This document shows, piece by piece, positions 7,796 through 15,963 of a DNA stretch of 19,016 nt. How positions within the stretch are numbered: the first letter of the stretch is position 1; each line of letters begins with the position of its first letter. Both the position numbers and the translations under genes were made by a program. Origin of the DNA: Candidatus Eiseniibacteriota bacterium (lineage in GTDB: Bacteria; ARS69); the NCBI GenBank assembly GCA_052390515.1, contig JBQTGV010000075.1:1-19016 (forward strand). The letters are read 5' to 3'. The notes under the pieces are model-generated. The model ran no database searches, had not been told where the DNA came from, and worked only from the letters and a program-made list of their open reading frames with translations.

Positions 7796-7964
7796 GGGGA
7801 CCTCCTTGTTGGAGGGCATGGTATTGTCCGCAACCTGTGGCGGATCGCCTTCCGAATCTACCGACAGCGAGCGGTCGAGAAAATGGGGGGGAACAACCCC
7901 CAGGATGCCAAGCCGGACCGACTGGGCGCAACGTGAAAGGCCGAGTTCGACGCCGGCCCCCACC

Positions 7965-7993
7965 TTGACGCCCCACGAGGGGGTCTCTAGATT
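7965..7993 (+). promoter_or_regulatory. sigma70-type promoter of the rib operon
   Basis: TTGACG (7965-7970), exactly 17 nt, TAGATT (7988-7993). The predicted start site (~8000) lies just upstream of the riboswitch. Confidence 0.75.
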
Positions 7994-8008
7994 CCGCCGA
8001 CGCCGTAA

Positions 8009-8138
8009 GCTCCTCGGGGCGGGGTGAAACTCCCCACCGGTGGTGACAGCCCACGAACGGGTCGGCGCTTCAGGGCGCCGACTTCGCCGACGCGGTGGAA
8101 CTCCGCGGCCGACCGTAAAGTCGGGATGGGAGAGGAGC
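8009..8138 (+). ncRNA. FMN riboswitch (RFN element)
   Basis: Conserved blocks CTCGGGGCGGGGTGAAACTCCCCACCGGTGGT..AGCCCACGA, CCGACGCGGTGGAACTCCGCGGCCGACCGTAAAGTCGGGATGGGAGAG; P1 GCTCCTC/GAGGAGC; variable stem GTCGGCGC-TTCAGG-GCGCCGAC; located directly upstream of ribD. Confidence 0.96.
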
Positions 8139-8221
8139 ATCGACGCCAGCGGGCGGCCGCCTCGGGTGGGCGCCCCGTTCGGCGTCCGCGCCCGCCCCGA
8201 GACCCGTGCCCCGGGGCTGCC

Positions 8222-9379
8222 ATGATGACCCAGTCGCCCGCCGAAACGAGGGACCTGCGCGGCTCCTCGCCCGACGACGAGGGCTGGATGGCCCGCGCAC
8301 TCGAGCTGGGCCGCGCCGGCCGCGGGCGAACGGCGCCGAACCCGATCGTGGGGGCCGTCGTGGTCCAGGGGGGCCGCGTCGTGGGCGAAGGCCACCACGA
8401 GCGCGCCGGGGCTCCGCACGCCGAGGCCGTGGCGCTGGCGCGGGCGGGGGACGCGGCCCGGGGCGCGACGCTCTACGTGACACTCGAGCCCTGCTCGCAC
8501 CAGGGGCGAACACCCCCGTGCGCACCGGCGGTCGTCGCGGCGGGAGTGAGCCGCGTCGTCTCCGCGCTGGAGGATCCGGATCCGCGGGTCCGCGGTGCGG
8601 GGCACCGCCTGCTCCGTGAGGCGGGCGTTCGAGTGGACGTGGGCGCGGGCGAAGCGGCGGCGCGGCAGGACAACGCCGAGTACCTGCACCGCGTGACCAC
8701 CGGGCGGTGCTTCGGCGTGCTCAAGGCCGCGGTGACCCTCGACGGCCGGCTCGGGGCGGACGGCGGCGACTCCCGCTGGATCACCGGACCCGAGGCCAGG
8801 CTTCGCGCTCACGAGCTCCGCGACGCCTACGACGCCGTGCTGGTCGGCCGGGGCACGCTGGCGCGGGACGACCCCCGGCTCGACGTGCGCCTTTCCCCGG
8901 CCGGCCGCAGCCCGGTGGCCGTCGTGGTGGATTCGCGCCTCGCGGCTCCTCTTGAACGCCAGCTCTGGAATCGCGCGAAGGAAGGATCACAAGTGATTGT
9001 GGCCGCTGTGGATGGAGTGGGCGAAGAGCGGGTCGCCCGACTGGAGCGGCTGGGCGTCGAAGTCGCTCGGACGGGTCCGGACGCCGCCGGCCGGGTCTCG
9101 CTCCCGGAGCTCTTCCGGCTCCTCGCCGACCGCGGGCTCAACTCGGTGATGGTCGAAGGGGGCGAGACCGTGCACACCGCAGCGCTCGCGGGAGGGCTCG
9201 TCCAGCGGGTCCACGTGTTCGTGGCGCCGCTGCTCCTGGGAGGCGCCGGCGGCCCGAGGCTGGTCGGCGATCTGGGGATTCGCCGGGTATCCGACGCGCT
9301 TCGCCTGGCGGACGTAGAAGTCGAGCGGCTCGGCGCGGACCTGCTGGTCTCCGGACGCGTCGAGAGCGGGGCATCGTGA
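8222..9379 (+). CDS. ribD: Bifunctional diaminohydroxyphosphoribosylaminopyrimidine deaminase / 5-amino-6-(5-phosphoribosylamino)uracil reductase (385 aa)
   Basis: TAPNPIVGAVVV, PHAE, LYVTLEPCSHQGRTPPC (Zn deaminase); KAAVTLDG, SRWITG, VGRGT..DDP.L, VMVEGG (reductase). Start ATG 8222 or 8225. Confidence 0.96.
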   Translation: MMTQSPAETRDLRGSSPDDEGWMARALELGRAGRGRTAPNPIVGAVVVQGGRVVGEGHHERAGAPHAEAVALARAGDAARGATLYVTLEPCSHQGRTPPCAPAVVAAGVSRVVSALEDPDPRVRGAGHRLLREAGVRVDVGAGEAAARQDNAEYLHRVTTGRCFGVLKAAVTLDGRLGADGGDSRWITGPEARLRAHELRDAYDAVLVGRGTLARDDPRLDVRLSPAGRSPVAVVVDSRLAAPLERQLWNRAKEGSQVIVAAVDGVGEERVARLERLGVEVARTGPDAAGRVSLPELFRLLADRGLNSVMVEGGETVHTAALAGGLVQRVHVFVAPLLLGGAGGPRLVGDLGIRRVSDALRLADVEVERLGADLLVSGRVESGAS

Positions 9380-9984
9380 TGTTCACCGGGATCGTGCGGG
9401 AGATGGGAGTCGTCCGCGAGCTTCGCCCCGAAGGCGGCCTCGTCCGGGTCCGCATCGAAGCGCCGAAGGCCTGCGCGGCGCTGCGCACCGGCGCTTCGAT
9501 CGCCGTCGACGGAATCTGCCTGACGGCGACCGAGGTCGGACAGGGTGCCTTCGCCGCGGACGTCGTCCCGGAGACGCTTTCGCGCACGCGCCTCGGCGAC
9601 GTGCGCACGGGCGACCGTGTCAACCTCGAGCTCCCCGTGCGCGCGGGGGACCCCCTGGACGGCCACGTCGTGCAGGGTCACGTCGACGGGACGGGGGTCG
9701 TCGCCGAGGTGAGCGTCGAGCCCGGACAGAACGTGGTCACCGTCCGCGTGGGGCAGGAGCTCGCTCCGTATCTCGCCGAGAAGGGCTCCGTGGCCGTGAA
9801 CGGCGTGAGCCTCACCGTCACCGGGGTCACGCGGGAGACGTTCTTGTTCGCGCTGATCCCCACGACGCTCCGGGAAACGAACCTCTCCGAGCTCACCGAG
9901 GGCTCGCGGGTCAACGTCGAGGTGGAGATTCTCGCCCGCTACGCCGCGCGGCGGGAGGAGCCGGCGAAGTGGCGAGCCCCGTGA
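9379..9984 (+). CDS. ribE: Riboflavin synthase (alpha chain; ribC in E. coli nomenclature)
   Basis: Invariant N-terminus MFTGIV, GASIAVDGICLT, VNLE, GHVVQGHVD, KGSVAVNGVSLTV, LIPTT..TNL, VNVEVE; TGATG coupling to ribD. Confidence 0.96.
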   Translation: MFTGIVREMGVVRELRPEGGLVRVRIEAPKACAALRTGASIAVDGICLTATEVGQGAFAADVVPETLSRTRLGDVRTGDRVNLELPVRAGDPLDGHVVQGHVDGTGVVAEVSVEPGQNVVTVRVGQELAPYLAEKGSVAVNGVSLTVTGVTRETFLFALIPTTLRETNLSELTEGSRVNVEVEILARYAARREEPAKWRAP

Positions 9985-11234
9985 CGCAGGCCGCGACGGT
10001 GAACGCGCCGCGACGCGACTCGATCTTCGATCCGGTAGAGAAGGCCGTCGCCGACGTGGCCGCCGGGCGCCTGGTCATCGTGGTCGACGACGAAGACCGG
10101 GAGAACGAGGGCGATCTGGTCATGGCCGCGGAGAAGGCCAACGCCGACGCGGTGAACTTCATCACCCGCTGGGGGCGCGGCATCCTGTGCGCGCCGCTGT
10201 CGCCCGAGATCGCCGACCGGCTCGAGCTGAAGATGATGACGCCGCGGAACAATGCACTCATGGGCACGCCGTTCACCGTGTCGGTGGACGCCGTCGCCGG
10301 GACGACGACCGGAGTGAGCGCGTCGGACCGGGCCGTCACGCTCCGCAAGCTCGCCGATGCGGACGCCGTTCCCGCGGACTTCGCCGTGCCGGGACACGTC
10401 TTCCCGCTGCGGGCCATGGACGGCGGCGTGCTTCGCCGCACCGGCCACACCGAGGCGGCGGTGGACCTCGCCCGCCTCGCCGGGCTCCGCGAGGTCGGCG
10501 TGCTGTGCGAGATCCTCAACGAGGACGGCACGATGGCACGGCTCCCGGACCTGGTCCGGTTCCGCGAGCACCACCGGCTCACCATGATCTCCATCGCCGA
10601 CCTGATCCGCTGGCGCCGGCGCGCGGAGGTGCTCGTCGAGCGGCTGGTGGAGACGAAGCTGCCCACGGAGTTCGGACTGTGGACCATGGTGCTGTACTCC
10701 TCGCGGATGGAGGAGGACCTGCACGTCGCGCTGGTCAAGGGGGAGCTCGCGGACCTGGGTCGGTCCGAGCCGCTGGTCAGGGTCCACTCGCAGTGCCTCA
10801 CCGGTGACGTCTTCGGTTCCCGGCGCTGCGACTGCGGCGACCAGCTCGCGCGGGCGATGGAAGAGATCGACGCGGCCGGCCTCGGTGTGCTCCTCTATAT
10901 GCGCCAGGAGGGGCGAGGCATCGGCCTGGTGAACAAGCTCCGGGCCTACAACCTGCAGGATCGCGGCGCGGACACCGTTTCGGCGAACGAGATGCTGGGG
11001 TTCCGCGCGGACGAGCGCGACTACGGCATCGGCGCGCAGATCCTCTTCGATCTCGGAGTGCGACGCATGCGCTTGCTCACCAACAACCCGACGAAGCGGA
11101 TCGGACTGGAGAGCTACGGGATCACCATCCTGGAGCGCGTTCCCATCAGCGTTCCGCCGAAGCCCGAGAACGTCGGCTACCTCCGGGCGAAGCGGGACAA
11201 GCTCGGGCACCTCCTGCCCGACTTCCCGGAGTGA
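9969..11234 (+). CDS. ribBA: Bifunctional 3,4-dihydroxy-2-butanone-4-phosphate synthase / GTP cyclohydrolase II (421 aa)
   Basis: DDEDRENEGDL, TGVSASDRA, PGHVFPL, GHTEAAVDL, CEI (RibB); RVHSQCLTGDVFGSRRCDCG, QEGRGIGL, LLTNNP (RibA). GGAGGAG at 9954-9960 precedes GTG 9969. Confidence 0.97.
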   Translation: MASPVTQAATVNAPRRDSIFDPVEKAVADVAAGRLVIVVDDEDRENEGDLVMAAEKANADAVNFITRWGRGILCAPLSPEIADRLELKMMTPRNNALMGTPFTVSVDAVAGTTTGVSASDRAVTLRKLADADAVPADFAVPGHVFPLRAMDGGVLRRTGHTEAAVDLARLAGLREVGVLCEILNEDGTMARLPDLVRFREHHRLTMISIADLIRWRRRAEVLVERLVETKLPTEFGLWTMVLYSSRMEEDLHVALVKGELADLGRSEPLVRVHSQCLTGDVFGSRRCDCGDQLARAMEEIDAAGLGVLLYMRQEGRGIGLVNKLRAYNLQDRGADTVSANEMLGFRADERDYGIGAQILFDLGVRRMRLLTNNPTKRIGLESYGITILERVPISVPPKPENVGYLRAKRDKLGHLLPDFPE

Positions 11235-11237
11235 TCC

Positions 11238-11711
11238 ATGGGGCGGACGTTCGAGGGGACTCCTGCCGGGGAGGGGCGGCGCTTCGCGCTCGTCGTCGGC
11301 CGCTTCAACGAGTTCGTCACCGAGAAGCTCCGTGCGGCTGCCGTCGACTGCCTGCTGAAGCACGGCACGCGGTCGGAATCCGTGGACGAGATCTGGGTTC
11401 CCGGCGCCTTCGAGATCCCGCTCGCGGCCAGGGTCGCGGCGAGCTCCGGGAAGTATGACGCGGTGATCTGCCTGGGCGCGGTGATCCGCGGCGCGACGCC
11501 CCACTTCGACTTCGTGGCGCGGGAGAGCGCGCGCGGCATCGGCCGCGTCTCGCTCGAGACCGGCGTGCCGGCGATCTTCGGAGTGCTGACTACCGACACC
11601 GCCCAGCAGGCGGTGGAGCGCGCCGGCGGTCTGGCCGGCAACAAGGGGTGGGACTCGGCGCTCGCCGCGCTCACCATGGCGAGTCTCCTCGAATCGATGC
11701 GGAGGCCGTGA
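11238..11711 (+). CDS. ribH: 6,7-dimethyl-8-ribityllumazine synthase
   Basis: GRFNEFVT, WVPGAFEIP, ICLGAVIRGATPHFDFV, FGVLTTD..QQAVERAG...NKG. Confidence 0.97.
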   Translation: MGRTFEGTPAGEGRRFALVVGRFNEFVTEKLRAAAVDCLLKHGTRSESVDEIWVPGAFEIPLAARVAASSGKYDAVICLGAVIRGATPHFDFVARESARGIGRVSLETGVPAIFGVLTTDTAQQAVERAGGLAGNKGWDSALAALTMASLLESMRRP

Positions 11712-11712
11712 C

Positions 11713-12126
11713 GTGGGACGGCGTAGGCTCGGCCGCGAGACCGCATTCAAGGCGCTCTACCGCATCGATCTCACCGGCCGCGGGATCGAGGAAGCGATCG
11801 CCGGGCTCGTCGAGGAGGGTCCGTCGGACCCCGAGGCGTTGGCGTTCGCGCGGGAGCTCCTGGAGACCGTCGGCGCGGGAAGGACGCGCGTGGACCAGGC
11901 GCTGGAGGGGGCGGCCGAGAACTGGTCGCTGGAGCGCATGGCGGTCGTCGATCGCTCGATCCTTCGCCTCGGCGCCGCCGAGATCCTGTTCTGGCCCTGG
12001 ATTCCCGACGAGGTCTCCATCGACGAGTACGTCGAGATCGCACGCAAGTTCGGCGGCGAGCACTCCGGGGGATTCGTGAACGCAGTCCTGGACCGCATCT
12101 CGCGGGAAACGAAGGAGGCCTCGTGA
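11713..12126 (+). CDS. nusB: Transcription antitermination factor NusB
   Basis: N-terminal Arg-rich RRRLGRE.AFKALY, NWSLERMAVVDRSILRLG, VSIDEYVEIARKFG, FVNAVLD; canonical ribH-nusB order; GGAGG at 11701-11705. Confidence 0.95.
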   Translation: MGRRRLGRETAFKALYRIDLTGRGIEEAIAGLVEEGPSDPEALAFARELLETVGAGRTRVDQALEGAAENWSLERMAVVDRSILRLGAAEILFWPWIPDEVSIDEYVEIARKFGGEHSGGFVNAVLDRISRETKEAS

Positions 12127-12845
12127 TCGCGGTCATCTCCGACATCCACGGCAATCTCGAAGCGTTGGAGGCGGTGCTGCAGGACGCGCACCGCGAAAAC
12201 GCCGAGAGCGTGATCTGCCTCGGCGACATCGTCGGGTACGGGGCCGATCCGAACGGATGCATGGAGCGCGTGCAGGCCGAGTGCGTCGCCACCGTGCTGG
12301 GCAACCACGACGTCGCCGCCCGAGACCTCCGCGAAGCGGAGAACTTCAACGAGGTCGCCCGCGAGGCGATCCGCTGGACCAGCCGGCAGCTCACCGCCCC
12401 GAACCTGCGCCGACTGCACGAGCTGCCGTACGATCACGTCAGCGACGACACCCGCTACGTGCACGCTTCGCCCGACGACCCTCCGGCCTGGCACTACATC
12501 CTCACCGAGCAGGAAGCGTGGAACGCGTTCGAGGCTTGCCCGGAACCGGTCTGCTTCGTCGGGCACTCGCACGTCCCGCTCCGCGTCATGCTGCGCAACG
12601 GGCGGCTCGTGGTGCTGCACGAGGAGACGCTGGAGGTGGGCGAAGAGGAGCGCGCGCTGATCAACGTCGGCAGCGTCGGCCAGCCCCGCGACGGAGACTG
12701 GCGAGCGTCCTACGCGCTCTGGGATCCCGTGGGTCGTCGCGCCGTGTCCCGCCGCGTGGCCTACGATCGGGAGACGGCGGCTAACAAGATCGTCGAGGCC
12801 GGCCTTCCGGAGATCCTCGCGCGCCGCCTCGCCGTCGGCCAGTGA
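12123..12845 (+). CDS. Calcineurin-like metallophosphoesterase family protein (240 aa)
   Basis: All five motifs are present: SDIHGN, GDIVGYG, GNHD, HASP, GHSH; also NVGSVGQPRDGD. GTGA overlap with nusB. Confidence 0.92.
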   Translation: MIAVISDIHGNLEALEAVLQDAHRENAESVICLGDIVGYGADPNGCMERVQAECVATVLGNHDVAARDLREAENFNEVAREAIRWTSRQLTAPNLRRLHELPYDHVSDDTRYVHASPDDPPAWHYILTEQEAWNAFEACPEPVCFVGHSHVPLRVMLRNGRLVVLHEETLEVGEEERALINVGSVGQPRDGDWRASYALWDPVGRRAVSRRVAYDRETAANKIVEAGLPEILARRLAVGQ

Positions 12846-13971
12846 CGGCGAAGAGGGACATCCTCCTCGTCAACTGGAACGACCGCACCAACCCGTGGGC
12901 GGGCGGCGCGGAGATCCACCTGCACGAGACCTTCGGCCGGCTCGCGCGGCGCGGCAACTGCGTCACCCTGCTGTGCTCGGGCTATCCCGGCGCGCGCGCG
13001 GAAGAGACCCTGGACGACATCGAGGTGGTGCGGGTCGGTGGGCGGTACACGTTCCCGGCGGCGCTGCCCGGGGTGGTGCGGCGGTGGAGCCGGGAGAGGC
13101 GCTTCGACGTGGTGGTCGAGGCACTCAACAAGATCCCGCTGTGCACGCCACTGTTCGCGCGTGCGCCGGTGCTCGGGATCGGTCACCATCTGTTCGGGCT
13201 CACCATCTTCCGCGAGGTGCCCCTGCCCATGTCGCTCGTCGTGCTGGCCAGCGAGGTGGTGGTCCCGTGGGTGTATCGGGGCATCCCCATGGTGGTCATC
13301 TCCGAGAGCACGCGCGAGGACTTCGTGCTGCGGGGGCTCTCTCCGGAGCGGATGCGAGTGGTCTACGTGGGCATCGACGATGGGCAGTACGGGGCCGGCG
13401 ACGGGGCGAAGGAGAGCACGCCGACGCTGCTCGCGCTCGGCCGCGTGCGCAAGTACAAGCGGCTGGATCTGGTCGTCGACGCGGTGGCGAAGGTCGCGCG
13501 CGAGGGTCACGCGGATCTGCGGCTGATCATCGCCGGAACCGGGAATTACCTGGAGGCGTTGAAGCGGCACGCCCGCAAGACGGGAGCCGAGGCCTACGTC
13601 CGCTTCCTCGGGAGGGTGTCCGAGGAGGAGAAGGTCCGGCTGTATCGTCGCGCCTGGGCTCTGGTGATGACCTCGCCCAAGGAGGGCTGGGGCCTCACCT
13701 GTCTCGAGGCGCAAGCCTGCGGCACGCCGGTGATCGCCAGCGATTCCCCGGGGCTGCGCGAGGCGGTCCGTCACGAGGTCTCGGGCATCCTGGTTCCGCA
13801 CGCCGACCGTGACCGACTCGCCGCGACGATGCGGCGGTTCCTCGAGGACGAGCCGCTGCGGGAGAGGCTGCGCCGGGGGGCGCTCGAGTTCGCGGGCACT
13901 TTTTCCTGGGAGCGGGCCGCGGACGAGACGATGCAACGGATCGAAGAGGCGATCGCCGGACGGGAGATGGC

Positions 13972-13975
<4 letters not shown>
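12842..13975 (+). CDS. Glycosyltransferase family 4 (377 aa)
   Basis: [65 protein letters not shown]. Confidence 0.92.
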
Positions 13976-14930
<955 letters not shown>

Positions 14931-14943
<13 letters not shown>

Positions 14944-15893
14944 TCGTCGGCGGGACCGGGTTCGTGGGGCGGCATCTCGTCTCCGCGTGCCGCCAGGCGG
15001 GCGACGACGTGTTCGCCACGGGCCGGCCCGGGGAGCGTGTGCCCGACGAGCCGGCCGGCGTTCGATGGATGGAGCTGGACCTGCTCGACGGGGAATCCCT
15101 CCGCGGCTCGCTGGACACCGCGCGGCCGGACGGGATCGTGCACCTCGCCGGACAGGCCAACGTGGCCGAGGCCAACCGCGACCCCATCGCCGCGTTCCGC
15201 GTGAACGCGGAGGGCACCTGGCGCATGCTGGACGCGGCGCGCACGCGCGCGCCGCAGGCCCGCGTCGTGGTGGTCACCTCGGCCGAGGCCTACGGCGCGG
15301 TCGATCCTTCGGAGATGCCGATCCCGGAGACCCGCGAGCTCGCCCCGCGCACGCCGTATGGTGTTTCCAAGGCCGCGGCCGATCTCGCGGCCGCGCAGGC
15401 CCACGCCGGCTGGGGTCTGCACGTCGTGCGCATGCGTCCCTTCAACCACGTCGGGCCCGGACAGCGGCGAGGCTTCGTGGTTCCGGACTTCGCGAGCCAG
15501 GTCGCGGCGATCGAGCGCGGCGAGTGCGAGGCGATGGTCCGGGTCGGGAACCTGGCCGCGCGCCGGGATTTCACCGACGTGCGCGACGTGGTTCGCGGGT
15601 ACCGCCTCGCGCTGGAACGAGGTCGCGCCGGGCGCGCCTATAACCTGTGCTCCGGGACCTCCACGCCGATCGAGGCGGTGCTGGCTTTCCTCGTCGCGCG
15701 TTCGGTCGTGCCGATCCGTGTCGTGCTCGACGAGACGCGGCTGCGGCCGTCCGACGTGCCCGACTTCCGCGGCGATCCGTCGCGCGCCCGCGATGAGCTG
15801 GGCTGGGTTCCTCGCATTCCGCTGGAGGCATCCCTCGGGGACGTGCTGGAGGAGTGGCGAAGCCAGGGCGCGGCGGCCCGGCCCGTCGATTGA
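14931..15893 (+). CDS. rmd: GDP-4-keto-6-deoxy-D-mannose reductase-like extended SDR (GDP-D-rhamnose forming, putative; 320 aa)
   Basis: GTG 14931 overlaps the end of gmd. [54 protein letters not shown] are typical of Rmd; it lacks the Fcl/WcaG SSCIYP motif. Confidence 0.75.
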
Positions 15894-15918
15894 CGGAGGC
15901 GCCGCAAGAACTTACAGT
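15890..15918 (+). promoter_or_regulatory. sigma70-type promoter for the DUF2723 gene
   Basis: TTGACG (15890-15895, overlapping the rmd stop), exactly 17 nt, TACAGT (15913-15918). Same -35 hexamer as the rib promoter. Confidence 0.6.
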
Positions 15919-15963
15919 TCACCGTTCCCCGGGCTGCCGGCGGAACGCCTCCCTCGGGGAACC

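Noticed and set aside
7818-7883. Candidate minus-strand promoter for paralog 2 (TAGATT at 7860-7855 or TACCAT at 7823-7818)
   Set aside because: Neither -10 has a convincing -35 at 16-18 nt or an extended -10, so it cannot be placed.
8024-8221. Apparent N-terminal extension or leader peptide of RibD
   Set aside because: It is the translated riboswitch sequence; RibD homology starts after ATG 8222/8225.
7796-8812. 684-aa minus-strand ORF running through the riboswitch and ribD
   Set aside because: The real start is GTG 7795 with AAGGAGG and a signal peptide; the extension is antisense to the RFN element and ribD and not protein-like.
10780-10810. RVHSQC instead of the usual RVHSEC in GTP cyclohydrolase II
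   Set aside because: All three Zn-binding Cys and the other motifs (QEGRG, RDY, TNNP) are intact; insufficient to claim altered function.
9939-11750. 603-aa antisense ORF opposite ribBA/ribH (also 16780..18735, 12761..13936, 13771..14769)
   Set aside because: Shadow ORFs expected from strong GC3 bias on the coding strand; no recognisable motifs.
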